This document shows positions 53,934-64,000 of a stretch of 64,000 nt of DNA, one piece after another. The notes beneath the pieces are model-generated. The model was not told the origin of the DNA and searched no databases. It worked only from the letters and a program-made list of their open reading frames with translations. Positions within the stretch are counted from its first letter, which is position 1. Every line of letters begins with the position of its first letter. The position numbers and the translations under genes are program-made. Source of the DNA: Candidatus Cloacimonadales bacterium (lineage in GTDB: Bacteria; Cloacimonadota; Cloacimonadia; Cloacimonadales; JAFGVF01); the NCBI GenBank assembly GCA_963662585.1, contig OY759729.1:1280001-1344000 (forward strand), read 5' to 3'.

Positions 53934-56915
53934 TTATTTAGTCAATATAATTTTTCTTGTAATATGAATATTCTTTTGTTCCAATCTAACAAAATAGATA
54001 CCTGAAGCAACTCTAGAGCCTCTATTGTTATCTCCATTCCAGATAACACTATGACTTCCTATAGCTCTCTTTTCATTAAGTAAAGATTTAACAACTTGTC
54101 CTTTTAAGTTATATATTTTAACATTAACAATACCTTCTTCTGCAACATTGAAAAGAATATTAGTTGTAGGATTGAAAGGATTAGGATAGTTACTCAAGCA
54201 AACTTCAGAATTTACTGCAGGAGTATAATCTTTATTTCCAACAAATTCAAATACCCCAAGATCTGGTATTGTACCATCACTATCTGGTGTTTCTACAGGA
54301 TCACCTGCATCAATACAAGGAGATGAAGGATTTAATTGATACTCAGCAAATTTATCTATAAAATCGCTCTTATCGGCATCATCATCAATATTACCTACAA
54401 AGTCTGGAACTTCGTTTATGTTAGCAATACCAGGATATATCTCGCCATCAGGTAATGAAATATTGTTATAACGAGCATCAATATAATCGTAATTTTGGAC
54501 AATGTTATTACCAGGATTTTCTTTCCAAATAATGTTATTAACCAATTCTGATGGTGTATAACGGGAAGATAAACCTTTATCGTAATTAACTATAGTATTA
54601 TGCTTCATAATATTGTTATCAATATTAGTAACATCAACACCTTTAGAGTTATTCTTGTGATAAGTGATGAATACTAGATTTCTGTTAATTGTACTTACAG
54701 AATTTGTACCACTAACTGCTATCGCAGGATCACATGATTTTACAACATTATTATTAATGATAGCATCAATTTTACCTGTAAAATCAATACCTTTATAATT
54801 ACCTCTTCTTGCTTCTGTTTGATAGATTTCAGTATGTTCAACTTTTGCTTCAACTGAGGTATTATAGTTATTTTTCAAGTAGATTGATTTATCAAAATCT
54901 GTGATGTGCCCATTATCTACAAAGAGATTAACTGCTCCTTTAAAGTAGAGAGCTTTTGAATTTGCTCTTTCATTATTATTATCATTACTTATAACTGCGT
55001 TTAAAATATTTGCATTAACAGGTGTTGATCCTGAAACGAAATATATAGCATTATCGTAATTTTGGATATTTATAGTATCAATATTTATAGAGTTATCACC
55101 TTTTGATTTAATTCCATAATTATTTCTAGCAGATACATTGTTAGGTAATAAGATATCAGTTAAAGTTTGTTCACCTTCAGATTTGAATTCAAATCCTATA
55201 TCATAGTTTTCAACTTCAATGTTATTAGCAGTAAGGCTAATTTTACCATCTATGGTGATACCATTAGTATTACCTCTTACATTGTTTTTCCAGCTATCTG
55301 GTGAGTAATAAATTCTTATTACATCCATAGTTGGAGTTGTTGGTTCGTGTCCGTCGTCCTCATCACCATCACCATCTGCATCTGCTTTGATTGTTATACC
55401 TTCATCATAGTTTTCAATTTCAACATCTGTAAAGGCAGGATTAATTTTACCATCTACAACAATAGCTTTTGTAGTAACACTTCTATTACTTTTCCAGCTA
55501 TCTGGTGAGTAATAAATTCTTATAACATCCATAGTAGGGGTAGTTGGTTCGTGCCCGTCGTCCTCATCGCCATCACCATCTGCATCAACTTTGATTGTGA
55601 TACCTTCATCATAGTTTTCTATTTCAACATCTGTAAAGGCAGGATTAATTTTACCATCTACAACAATAGCTTTTGTAGTAACACTTCTATTACTTTTCCA
55701 GCTATCTGGTGAGTAATAAATTCTTATAACATCCATAGTAGGGGTAGTTGGTTCGTGTCCGTCGTCCTCATCACCATCACCATCTGCATCAACTTTGATT
55801 GTGATACCTTCATCATAGTTTTCTATTTCAACATCTGTAAAGGCAGGATTTACTTCACCTTCAACATAGATTCCTTTAGTAGTAACTGTTCGGTCACTTT
55901 TCCAGCTATCTGGTGAGTAATAAATTCTTATAACATCCATTGTAGGAGTAGTTGGTTCGTGTCCGTCGTCCTCATCACCATCACCATCTGTATCAGCTTT
56001 AATAGTGATACCTTCATCATAGTTTTCTATTTCAATATTAGTAAATACAGGATTTACTTCACCTTCAACATAGATTCCTTTAGTAGTAACTGTTCGGTCA
56101 TCTTTCCAGCTATCTGGTGAGTAATAAATTCTTATAACATCCATAGTTGGTGTAGTTGGTTCGTGTCCGTCGTCCTCATCCCCGTCACCATCTGTATCAG
56201 CTTTAATAGTGATACCTTCATCATAGTTTTCTATTTCAATATTAGTAAGAGTTGGCTCAACCTTAGTATCCATATAGATACCTTTTGTAGTAACAGTTCT
56301 ATTATTCTTCCAACTATCTGGTGAATAATATATTCTTATAACATCCATAGTAGGGGTAGTAGGTTCATGTCCGTCATCTTCATCACCATCACCACCTGTA
56401 TCAGCTTTAATGGTAACACCAGTCATATATCCATAGATATCTACATGATTAATTTCAGATTGATTTCCATCACCAATATAGAGTCCTTCTTCAAAATCAT
56501 TTGTTCCATAACCAATAATATTAGTATAATCAACATAATTTGTTTTGTAAAGGGATAATCCTTTACCAGCACCGATGATATTTGTAAAAGTGAAATTACT
56601 ACCTTCAGAGTGGACTTCAATTCCTTGCCAAATTGTTGTTTCAGAGAGACCTTGAATATAGACAAGATTATCTTCAACACCATTAACACTTAAAATTCCG
56701 TAAGCAGTAATACTTGCATCTTCAATAACTAATACTGTGACTCCAGGATCAATTGTTAATGTTTCTCCTTGAGGAATTTCAATATCAGTAGTGATAATGT
56801 AAGGACTGCCCTCTTCATTCCAATTACCATAATTAGAATTTTCTTCAATTAAAGTTTCGGAGAAGAGCCCTAAAGTTAAAAGTAAAAGACTAAATAATAA
56901 TAAAAACTTTTTCAT
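53934..56915 (-). CDS. Secreted beta-helix protein with six 68-aa tandem repeats and FlgD-Ig/T9SS-like C-terminal domain
   Basis: Signal peptide, GSPYII..LTIDPGV, SPCIDAGDP...PDLG, NYPNPFNP...RKIILTK. Confidence 0.88.
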   Translation of the reverse strand: MKKFLLLFSLLLLTLGLFSETLIEENSNYGNWNEEGSPYIITTDIEIPQGETLTIDPGVTVLVIEDASITAYGILSVNGVEDNLVYIQGLSETTIWQGIEVHSEGSNFTFTNIIGAGKGLSLYKTNYVDYTNIIGYGTNDFEEGLYIGDGNQSEINHVDIYGYMTGVTIKADTGGDGDEDDGHEPTTPTMDVIRIYYSPDSWKNNRTVTTKGIYMDTKVEPTLTNIEIENYDEGITIKADTDGDGDEDDGHEPTTPTMDVIRIYYSPDSWKDDRTVTTKGIYVEGEVNPVFTNIEIENYDEGITIKADTDGDGDEDDGHEPTTPTMDVIRIYYSPDSWKSDRTVTTKGIYVEGEVNPAFTDVEIENYDEGITIKVDADGDGDEDDGHEPTTPTMDVIRIYYSPDSWKSNRSVTTKAIVVDGKINPAFTDVEIENYDEGITIKVDADGDGDEDDGHEPTTPTMDVIRIYYSPDSWKSNRSVTTKAIVVDGKINPAFTDVEIENYDEGITIKADADGDGDEDDGHEPTTPTMDVIRIYYSPDSWKNNVRGNTNGITIDGKISLTANNIEVENYDIGFEFKSEGEQTLTDILLPNNVSARNNYGIKSKGDNSINIDTINIQNYDNAIYFVSGSTPVNANILNAVISNDNNNERANSKALYFKGAVNLFVDNGHITDFDKSIYLKNNYNTSVEAKVEHTEIYQTEARRGNYKGIDFTGKIDAIINNNVVKSCDPAIAVSGTNSVSTINRNLVFITYHKNNSKGVDVTNIDNNIMKHNTIVNYDKGLSSRYTPSELVNNIIWKENPGNNIVQNYDYIDARYNNISLPDGEIYPGIANINEVPDFVGNIDDDADKSDFIDKFAEYQLNPSSPCIDAGDPVETPDSDGTIPDLGVFEFVGNKDYTPAVNSEVCLSNYPNPFNPTTNILFNVAEEGIVNVKIYNLKGQVVKSLLNEKRAIGSHSVIWNGDNNRGSRVASGIYFVRLEQKNIHITRKIILTK
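55200..56420 (-). repeat. Intragenic tandem repeat, 204-nt period x6
   Basis: CAGCTATCTGGTGAGTAATA-like anchor at 55291, 55495, 55699, 55903, 56107, 56311. Confidence 0.95.
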
Positions 56916-56972
56916 AATATCCTCATTTATAGGTTTATTTTTTTAATTTTTCGATTTCATAGTTTATTATAA

Positions 56973-56988
56973 TGCAAGATAGCTTCCA
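56973..56988 (-). promoter_or_regulatory. Putative sigma54 -24/-12 promoter
   Basis: TGGAAGCTATCTTGCA (GG-N10-GC) about 58 nt upstream of ATG 56915, next to a sigma54 activator gene. Confidence 0.7.
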
Positions 56989-57075
56989 TAAGTTTTTCTA
57001 ATAACATATATTTTTTAAATTAATATATTCTAGAAACTTACAGTATTTTTTTATGAAATTAACAGTCTAAATTTT

Positions 57076-57111
57076 CTTCTCAAAACATAATAATGAGGCA
57101 ATTTTGAGAAG
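57076..57111. promoter_or_regulatory. Candidate upstream activator sequence
   Basis: Inverted repeat CTTCTCAAAA-N16-TTTTGAGAAG about 90-125 bp upstream of the -24 element. Confidence 0.4.
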
Positions 57112-57124
57112 TTTCACACATTTG

Positions 57125-58483
57125 TCACAGTTCGACAATATTCAACTCAGACATCTTACGATAGAGTGTCTTTCTATTTATTTTTAGTTCTTTAGCAGTT
57201 TCACTTTTGTTATGGTTACACTTATCTAAAGTTTCTAAAATCAATCTTTTTTCAGTTTCTTTTAGGACCTCGTACAATCCGGCATCATCACTTAAAAGAG
57301 TATTTTTTCTTTGGTAATAATTCTTTATGGAAAGATGTTCGGGGAGAATAGTTGTTCCTGGACAGTATAAAACAGCAGTAAATATGATATGATTAAATTC
57401 TCTAATATTTCCTTTCCAATAATAAGAATTAAGCACTTCCACAGCTACTGGTGAGATAGCTGATACATTTTTATTGAGTTCTTTATTTGCCTTATTAATA
57501 AAATACAAGGAAAGTTTTTCAAAATCTTCATTTCTATCATTTAGTTCAGGAATTTCTAGTAGTACTTCATTCAATCGATAGTAAAGGTCTTCTCTAAATA
57601 AGCCTTTTTTAATTAAGGGTTCAACCTGTTCATTAGTAGTAGCTATGATTCTAAAATCAGCATGAACCTCTTTATTACTACCTATTGGATAGAATTTCTT
57701 CTCTTGGATAGCTCTGAGCAATTTAGCTTGACTACTAAGGGGAAGATTTGTTATTTCATCTAAAAGAATAGTTCCTTGATCAGCTAATTCGAATTTGCCT
57801 TTATGTCCATTTGCTCCAGTAAAAGCACCTTTAGCACTACCAAAGAGTTCATTTTCAATCAAGTTTTCTGGGATAGCACCACAATCTACAGCAACAAAGG
57901 GCTTATCAGCTCTTTTACTATGCTGGAAGAGCATTTTAGAAAAAACTTCTTTTCCTGTACCACTTTTCCCAGTAATAAAGACATTAAGATTGGTAGGAGC
58001 AAGCACTTTTATCCTTCTTACTAATTCATTAATAATAGTACTTTCTCCTATGTAGATATCATCTGCATCATCTGTGAGTAAATAGTTGTTCTTACTACCG
58101 ATTAATTTATCTATCAGTTGTAAAAGCTTATTTTTTTTGACTGGCTTTAATAAAAAGTCAGCTATTCCATATCTCATCACTTTAATAACATCAGTTATCC
58201 TAGAAGTTCCTGATATAACAACAATCTCTGTATTAAGCGAAATCTCCCTACACACAGGTATTAAATCAATCCCTGAGTCTTGTCCCATATATATATCTAA
58301 CAACATGACATCGATCTCTTCACTCTCGAGAAAAGATCTCGCCTCATAGTTGTTAGAAGCACAAAATATAGAGAAATTACTATTGGAGAGAAAGTCCGTG
58401 AAGAGTTTTAGAATAACTACTTCATCATCTACTATTAATATATTTGCTCTACTATTCTCTTTAATGTTTTTATTCATATTCAT
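57125..58483 (-). CDS. NtrC-family sigma54-dependent response regulator
   Basis: REC (VDDE, LLD, KP), GKSGTGKE, GAFTGA, LDEI, FREDLYYRL, Fis-type HTH. Confidence 0.95.
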   Translation of the reverse strand: MNMNKNIKENSRANILIVDDEVVILKLFTDFLSNSNFSIFCASNNYEARSFLESEEIDVMLLDIYMGQDSGIDLIPVCREISLNTEIVVISGTSRITDVIKVMRYGIADFLLKPVKKNKLLQLIDKLIGSKNNYLLTDDADDIYIGESTIINELVRRIKVLAPTNLNVFITGKSGTGKEVFSKMLFQHSKRADKPFVAVDCGAIPENLIENELFGSAKGAFTGANGHKGKFELADQGTILLDEITNLPLSSQAKLLRAIQEKKFYPIGSNKEVHADFRIIATTNEQVEPLIKKGLFREDLYYRLNEVLLEIPELNDRNEDFEKLSLYFINKANKELNKNVSAISPVAVEVLNSYYWKGNIREFNHIIFTAVLYCPGTTILPEHLSIKNYYQRKNTLLSDDAGLYEVLKETEKRLILETLDKCNHNKSETAKELKINRKTLYRKMSELNIVEL

Positions 58484-58581
58484 ATTTTCCGATTATAAGT
58501 TTTTATTGTCAAGATAATATTTTACCCAATGTAATTTTAGTAAATATTTTACTCATTAAATAATTACGATTTAGCAAGTTA

Positions 58582-61176
58582 TTAAATCATTTTAATTAAG
58601 TTTTTTGCTACTTTAATTGCTTCAGGAATCTTTGCAAGATCTTTACCACCTGCCATTGCTGAGTCTGCTCTTCCTCCACCTTTTCCACCCAGAATAGCAG
58701 CTAATTGCCCAACAATTTTACCAGCATGATAGCTCTTGGTTAAATTAGGAGTAACTACTGTAAGCAGAGATACTTTATCTTCAAATCTAGCAATTAGCAC
58801 ACCAATACCAGATTTCAGTTTATCTTTTAATTGATCCCCAAGAGTTCTTAAATCATTAGGGTTATCTACTTTAACTTCGCTAACAACAAGTGTTATATCA
58901 TCAATTATTTCAGCTTTTGCAATTAGATCGTTGATTATAGACGAACCCTCTTTTGCTTTTAATTCTTCAATTTCTCTTTTTAATTCTCGACTCTCATCTA
59001 AGAGCTTTTCTATTTTTTCTTCTATATTTTTATCATTTGCATTAACAAGTGCTTTTATAGTGTCTAGTTTTCCTTCTTGATTGCGTAGATATTCCATAAC
59101 TTTATCACCTGTTATGGCTTCAATTCTTCTAATACCTGCAGCAGAAGAAGATTCAGTCAGTATTTTGAAAGAAGCAATTTCACCTGTTGATTTAACATGA
59201 GTTCCCCCACAAAGTTCCATGGAGAAATCTGCAACTGAAACAACTCTCACTTCATCACCATATTTTTCTCCAAAGAGAGCCATTGCTCCTGATTCTTTTG
59301 CTTCTTCAATCGACTTAACTTCAACTGAGACTTTGTTATTGCTTCTAATTTGAGCATTAACAATATCTTCTACTTGAGTTATCTCTTGAGGGGTTAAACC
59401 ATTAAAATGAGTAAAATCAAATCTTAAGCCTTTGTTATCAACTAAAGAACCTTTTTGTTGCACATGAGAGCCCAAAACGCTTCTAAGAGCTGAATGAAGT
59501 AGATGAGTTGCAGTATGGTTAGAGGCAATATCTCTGCGAAGGCTTTGAGTAACACTTGCTTGAACTTTCCCTCCAATTATCATCCCAGAAATAAGTTTTC
59601 CGATATGAATCCAAGCTCCTGAGACTTTCTTAACATCGAATACTTTTACCAAGAAGTCCTTGTTCTTAATTTCGCCTTTATCACCAGTTTGTCCGCCTGA
59701 TTCAGCATAGAATGGAGTTTTATCCAGCACTATTTTAACTATCTTCTTTTCATCAATAGCGTAGCGTAAGATGGTGCTTTCAGAGGTTAATGATTCATAG
59801 CCGATAAAATCAGTTTGTTGATTTTTTTCCACAAACACCCATTCAGTGTCATCAACATCCATAGAAAATTTAGAGTTTTGTCTAGCTCTTTCTTTCTGTT
59901 CTTCCATTGCCAGATTAAAGCCTTGCATATCAACAAATAGTCCTCTCTCCTCAGCTAAAATAGTTGTTAAATCTACTGGAAAGCCAAAAGTATCATATAA
60001 GGTAAAAGCTTCTTTACCTGGAATTATCTTATTTTCTAAGTTATTAGCAATGTCTTCAAATCTCTCTAACCCCTTATCTAAAGTCTGATTAAATCTCTCT
60101 TCTTCAGCCTTGATAATCATTATTATATAGTCTCTCTTATCGTTAAGTTCACTAAAATGATCACCCATAACATCGATAACAGAATCAACTAATTTATATA
60201 AGAAAGGTTCTTTAAGACCAATTTTTCTACCATATCGGGCAGCTCTTCTGAGAATTCTTCTGAGAACATAACCTCTTCCCTCATTAGAAGGCATTCCACC
60301 ATCTCCCAAGGCAAAAGTTAAACATCTGATATGATCTGCTATAACCCTATGTGGAATTGAGGTTTCAGGATCGTAAGCAACCTTAGAAATCCTACTAATC
60401 TCATTAATAATTGGCATAAAGAGATCAGTATGATAATTTGAATCTTTGCCTTGAAGAATCTGACAAATTCTCTCGAAACCTGAACCAGTATCAACATGAG
60501 TCTTCTTTAGAGGTGTTAAACTACCATCAAGCTCACGATAATATTGCATAAAGACGAGATTCCAAATTTCCATATAGCGATGGCAATCACCATTTACATC
60601 GCACTTATGTTCACCTTCAACACCACAGAAATCTGTGCCACGATCATAATGAATTTCTGAACATGGTCCGCAAGGTCCTGTTTCACCCATCTCCCAAAAG
60701 TTGTCTTTATCGCCATGATAAGAAATATGAGAAGGGTCAATATCTGTTAACTCTTTCCAGAGGTCATAAGCTTCTTGGTCAGAATCATGAACAGAAGCAT
60801 AAAGTCTTGATTTATCTAATTTCCAAACATCGGTTATTAGTTCCCAGGCCCAAGTAATAGCCTCTTTTTTGTAATAATCACCAAAAGACCAATTTCCTAA
60901 CATTTCAAAGAAAGTATGATGATATCCATCTTTTCCCACTTCATCCAAGTCGTTATGTTTTCCACCTGCTCTAATACACTTTTGAGAATTAACAGCCCGC
61001 AAATATTTTGCTTCTACTTTATCTAAAAATATATCTTTAAATTGATTCATCCCTGCATTAATAAATAGAAGGGTTGGATCATCTTGAGGAATCACCGGTG
61101 ATGATGGAACAAAGGTATGACCCTTGGACTTAAAAAAATCTATAAATTGAGCTCTGATTTCGCTACTCTTTTTCAT
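58582..61176 (-). CDS. alaS: Alanyl-tRNA synthetase
   Basis: DPTLLFINAGMNQFK, FFEMLGNWSFGDY, HTATHLLH, ELCGGTH, GGKGGG. Confidence 0.98.
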   Translation of the reverse strand: MKKSSEIRAQFIDFFKSKGHTFVPSSPVIPQDDPTLLFINAGMNQFKDIFLDKVEAKYLRAVNSQKCIRAGGKHNDLDEVGKDGYHHTFFEMLGNWSFGDYYKKEAITWAWELITDVWKLDKSRLYASVHDSDQEAYDLWKELTDIDPSHISYHGDKDNFWEMGETGPCGPCSEIHYDRGTDFCGVEGEHKCDVNGDCHRYMEIWNLVFMQYYRELDGSLTPLKKTHVDTGSGFERICQILQGKDSNYHTDLFMPIINEISRISKVAYDPETSIPHRVIADHIRCLTFALGDGGMPSNEGRGYVLRRILRRAARYGRKIGLKEPFLYKLVDSVIDVMGDHFSELNDKRDYIIMIIKAEEERFNQTLDKGLERFEDIANNLENKIIPGKEAFTLYDTFGFPVDLTTILAEERGLFVDMQGFNLAMEEQKERARQNSKFSMDVDDTEWVFVEKNQQTDFIGYESLTSESTILRYAIDEKKIVKIVLDKTPFYAESGGQTGDKGEIKNKDFLVKVFDVKKVSGAWIHIGKLISGMIIGGKVQASVTQSLRRDIASNHTATHLLHSALRSVLGSHVQQKGSLVDNKGLRFDFTHFNGLTPQEITQVEDIVNAQIRSNNKVSVEVKSIEEAKESGAMALFGEKYGDEVRVVSVADFSMELCGGTHVKSTGEIASFKILTESSSAAGIRRIEAITGDKVMEYLRNQEGKLDTIKALVNANDKNIEEKIEKLLDESRELKREIEELKAKEGSSIINDLIAKAEIIDDITLVVSEVKVDNPNDLRTLGDQLKDKLKSGIGVLIARFEDKVSLLTVVTPNLTKSYHAGKIVGQLAAILGGKGGGRADSAMAGGKDLAKIPEAIKVAKNLIKMI

Positions 61177-61763
61177 AATTTAGTCTCCGTAAAGTTATTA
61201 ATATTAATCTATTGTAACAAGGAAGAAAAAGCCCTAATTGTGTCAAGGAAAAAGGAGATTTACATCTCGATTATGCTTCTTAACTTCCATCAAATTCAAT
61301 CATAATCTAGAGGAATTACCAAAACTAACATTCTGACATATCCAAGTTTGTTAAATCAAAAAAACTTTTCATGTTACTTTATAGACTAGTTATTTTTCTA
61401 ATTAAAACCATAGAGAATTGTGATTCAGTAAATTGTTAAAATGCTTCCGTAGTAGTTATAAATCCATTGCATATGGAGAATGATACTAATCTAGAAAATA
61501 AAATAAAATAAAAAAAATAAAATAGAAGAGATAGTATTTATATTAAGATCATGTATATAATTCAAAAAATAATATCCTAACACTATTATTATTATTATGT
61601 TAGAGAAACATAGAAGTGCATTATTTAATCAATGTTTCCATTTATAATACTCAGCAGAAACTAGGAACAAGACGCACACTTACGTTTTTTTGAGCTGGTA
61701 TTAACTCCCCGCAACTCTTGTTTTCTATCATAATGCAGTAAGATTTCTTAACATTACTAATGA

Positions 61764-62393
61764 TTAGTTATTAGAAAATATATTCTCAATGACTTTAGGT
61801 AACTTAGGGATAATTCTTACTTCTATCCTTCTGTCATTTTGGCTATAATAGCTTTCACTATCTTTATTTGAGTCTTTTTTAGGTTTTTCCGATCCGTATG
61901 AAGCTTGAACAATATCTACATTCTTTTTTAACTGATCATCTAAATTAAGTTTTATCTGTTTAACGAAAGATCTTGCCCTATTTAAACCCAATTTGTAATT
62001 ATCATAACCAAATTCATCTCCAGACCTATCGGTATGCCCTTCAACAATTATACAATACTTTTTATATCTATCATTATTTATAAGAAAATCATTCAATGCT
62101 TTGGAGAACTTTACCGCAAATGCTATCCCTTCATCATTCAACTCAGATTTAGATATACTGAATAAAATAGATTCATTAATAATAATCTTATTCTCCATTT
62201 TTACATATTCAATGTTAGGTATATTTTCCAATAAATAACTAATATCATTAAACTCTTTTAACTCTTCGTCTTCAAATTGTTTTATTGTAAAAAAAAATAT
62301 ATAAAATAGAACTAAGAAAATAAAAAACAATGAAAGAAAAATATCAACAAAAGAAGCCCAATAATTGATATCATTTTCAGATTCGTACATCAT
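61764..62393 (-). CDS. MotB/OmpA-family protein, ZorB-like
   Basis: N-terminal TM with WASFVD, OmpA-like IVEGHTD, NYKLGLNRA, RRIEV. Confidence 0.8.
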   Translation of the reverse strand: MMYESENDINYWASFVDIFLSLFFIFLVLFYIFFFTIKQFEDEELKEFNDISYLLENIPNIEYVKMENKIIINESILFSISKSELNDEGIAFAVKFSKALNDFLINNDRYKKYCIIVEGHTDRSGDEFGYDNYKLGLNRARSFVKQIKLNLDDQLKKNVDIVQASYGSEKPKKDSNKDSESYYSQNDRRIEVRIIPKLPKVIENIFSNN

Positions 62394-63964
62394 AATCTCT
62401 TTCCGAATAAATGGCCCATAATACCCTTATTTTTGGTTGTATCAGGACTACTTACCTTATCTTCTGATGTATGTTTATTGGATACGACATCTCTAATATT
62501 CTCTTCTAATTTCACTAATTGGTTAGAAATCTTTTTGTTAAGATTTTCATAATTTTCTATTAGATGGTTATCATCCCTAGATAATTTTAATAATTTCGTT
62601 ATTTCGTCAGTATTAACTATATTAACAGATACATTTTCTTGACTTTTTATAAAACCAAAAAGATCATAAATATTTTTCTCAAATTTCTCTAGGTTCTGAG
62701 TTAATTCACTACTGAACTGAATGCTATGGTTACTGTAATCTTCCATAATTTTGGTAGTAATTCTTGTAATATCATCAAATGCTATTTTTGCATCAATAGT
62801 TCGAATACTTACATCAGATATTTCGTTAAAATATTTCCCTAAATTTCCAACAAGTTTATCAATATTTTCAACATAATTGGGGATATCCACCATGTTTTCT
62901 AAAGATTTTGCTGATTTCACAAATGACTCAAGAGTATTATCTAATTTTAACATAGAATTTAGTGTTTGATCTGTCCTAGAATGAAATAAATTAGAAGACT
63001 GTAAAATATTCTCTATTTCTGGTAAAAGGGAATCTATGGCTGTCAAGTTGTTATTGCTTACAATATTATTTTTCAGAGCTAAAGAAGAATTTTCATCCAT
63101 CCCTTGGTTTAACTTATTAAGATCACCAAAAATGGTTGTAAATTCTTGTTTTTGATTGATTAATATATCTTCATACTTCCTTAAATGCTTATCATTAATT
63201 TCAGTAAATGATTTAGTAAAATTTATAATTGTATTATTGATCAATGACATTATACTTTCAATTCTATCAATACTCATTGCAGTTGTTTCATATTTACTTT
63301 CAATAAACGCTTTATTTTCTTCTCGATAATCTAACAAAAAATTTCCTAAAGCTACTTCTAAATTTTCGACAGAAGAGATTAATCTATTATCGAATTTAGA
63401 TATGTAAGTTTTGGGCAAAAACATGGTTGAAAAGATTGTTTCAACATCATGGATTCTACGAACAATTTCAGATTTTACTAAGGACCAAATTATACGAATA
63501 ATTATTGTTGTAAATAGAGCAATAAGCGAAGTTATAAATCCAAACTTAGCTGAATCAATTAATGATAACATGATTTTCTGAGTTTCATAATCACTACCAA
63601 ATGAAGAGATTCCAATTATTATTCCCAAAAATGTTCCCAATAAACCAACAATTGGTAAAATATTGGTTATTAGATTTATTTTCCTATCTGTTTTATTCAA
63701 ATCATAATATATGAAATTTTTAAATATCTCAATTTTAATCTCACTTTTATTTTTGATAGAATTATACACATATAATAAATGTGGCTCTTGTCTAATAAAA
63801 TCTAAATTTAACTTCATAAAGTCAGTAATACTGGAATTACTAAATAACTCATTATTACTTTCGATGTCTTCTATTCTTTCCAATTGATGATATATAGATA
63901 GTAGCAAAACTGTTAACCCAACGATAACAATTAGAGCTGACACGATCATTGCTCCAATAAACAT
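62390..63964 (-). CDS. MotA/TolQ/ExbB-family protein with long helical tail, ZorA-like
   Basis: Three TM helices, PIVGLLGTFLG and FITSL motifs, about 360-aa cytoplasmic tail; 4-nt overlap with MotB-like gene. Confidence 0.78.
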   Translation of the reverse strand: MFIGAMIVSALIVIVGLTVLLLSIYHQLERIEDIESNNELFSNSSITDFMKLNLDFIRQEPHLLYVYNSIKNKSEIKIEIFKNFIYYDLNKTDRKINLITNILPIVGLLGTFLGIIIGISSFGSDYETQKIMLSLIDSAKFGFITSLIALFTTIIIRIIWSLVKSEIVRRIHDVETIFSTMFLPKTYISKFDNRLISSVENLEVALGNFLLDYREENKAFIESKYETTAMSIDRIESIMSLINNTIINFTKSFTEINDKHLRKYEDILINQKQEFTTIFGDLNKLNQGMDENSSLALKNNIVSNNNLTAIDSLLPEIENILQSSNLFHSRTDQTLNSMLKLDNTLESFVKSAKSLENMVDIPNYVENIDKLVGNLGKYFNEISDVSIRTIDAKIAFDDITRITTKIMEDYSNHSIQFSSELTQNLEKFEKNIYDLFGFIKSQENVSVNIVNTDEITKLLKLSRDDNHLIENYENLNKKISNQLVKLEENIRDVVSNKHTSEDKVSSPDTTKNKGIMGHLFGKRL

Positions 63965-64000
63965 ATTTAACCTCTTTATTCTAAAATAATTTTACCTTTC

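Noticed and set aside
55200..56420. DGR template/variable repeats
   Set aside because: In-frame coding tandem units; differences are not restricted to adenines.
4718..61305. Numerous 60-130 aa antisense or overlapping ORFs in the ORF track
   Set aside because: They are shadows of well-supported genes on the opposite strand or in another frame.
61574..61606. dif or attC-like site (CCTAAC...TTATGTTAGAG)
   Set aside because: Only a partial XerD-like arm with no XerC arm; too short for attC; the centre is a simple ATT microsatellite.
61764..63964. Flagellar stator motA/motB
   Set aside because: Three-TM topology with a long C-terminal tail and no flagellar genes nearby do not fit MotA.

Overview
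Low-GC bacterial chromosomal window, most likely Candidatus Cloacimonadota (WWE1). This assignment is an inference from the 16S sequence (carries GGATTAGGCATGCAAGTC), the gingipain-like C25 protease, FlgD-Ig/T9SS-like C-termini and a PorX-type regulator. It begins with a minus-strand rRNA operon (16S, tRNA-Ile, tRNA-Ala, partial 23S with a ~230-nt intervening sequence). Most of the rest is housekeeping genes (ribBA, trkAH, adk, acpS, rpsP-khpA-rimM-trmD-rplS, rpmB, tsaE, panB, tgt, rseP, ftcD, prfA, rpmE, ileS, alaS). Accessory elements include: a complete group IIC intron inserted in a terminator; several REP-like palindrome clusters and tandem repeats; two transporters fused to PTS-EIIA domains; a broken lipoprotein/glycine-zipper locus; a run of sigma54 activator, sigma54 promoter, secreted 6x68-aa repeat protein and soluble-adenylyl-cyclase-like STAND/TPR protein; and, at the right edge, a ZorA/ZorB-like motor pair with no effector downstream. 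All calls are from motif reading only; no database searches were run.
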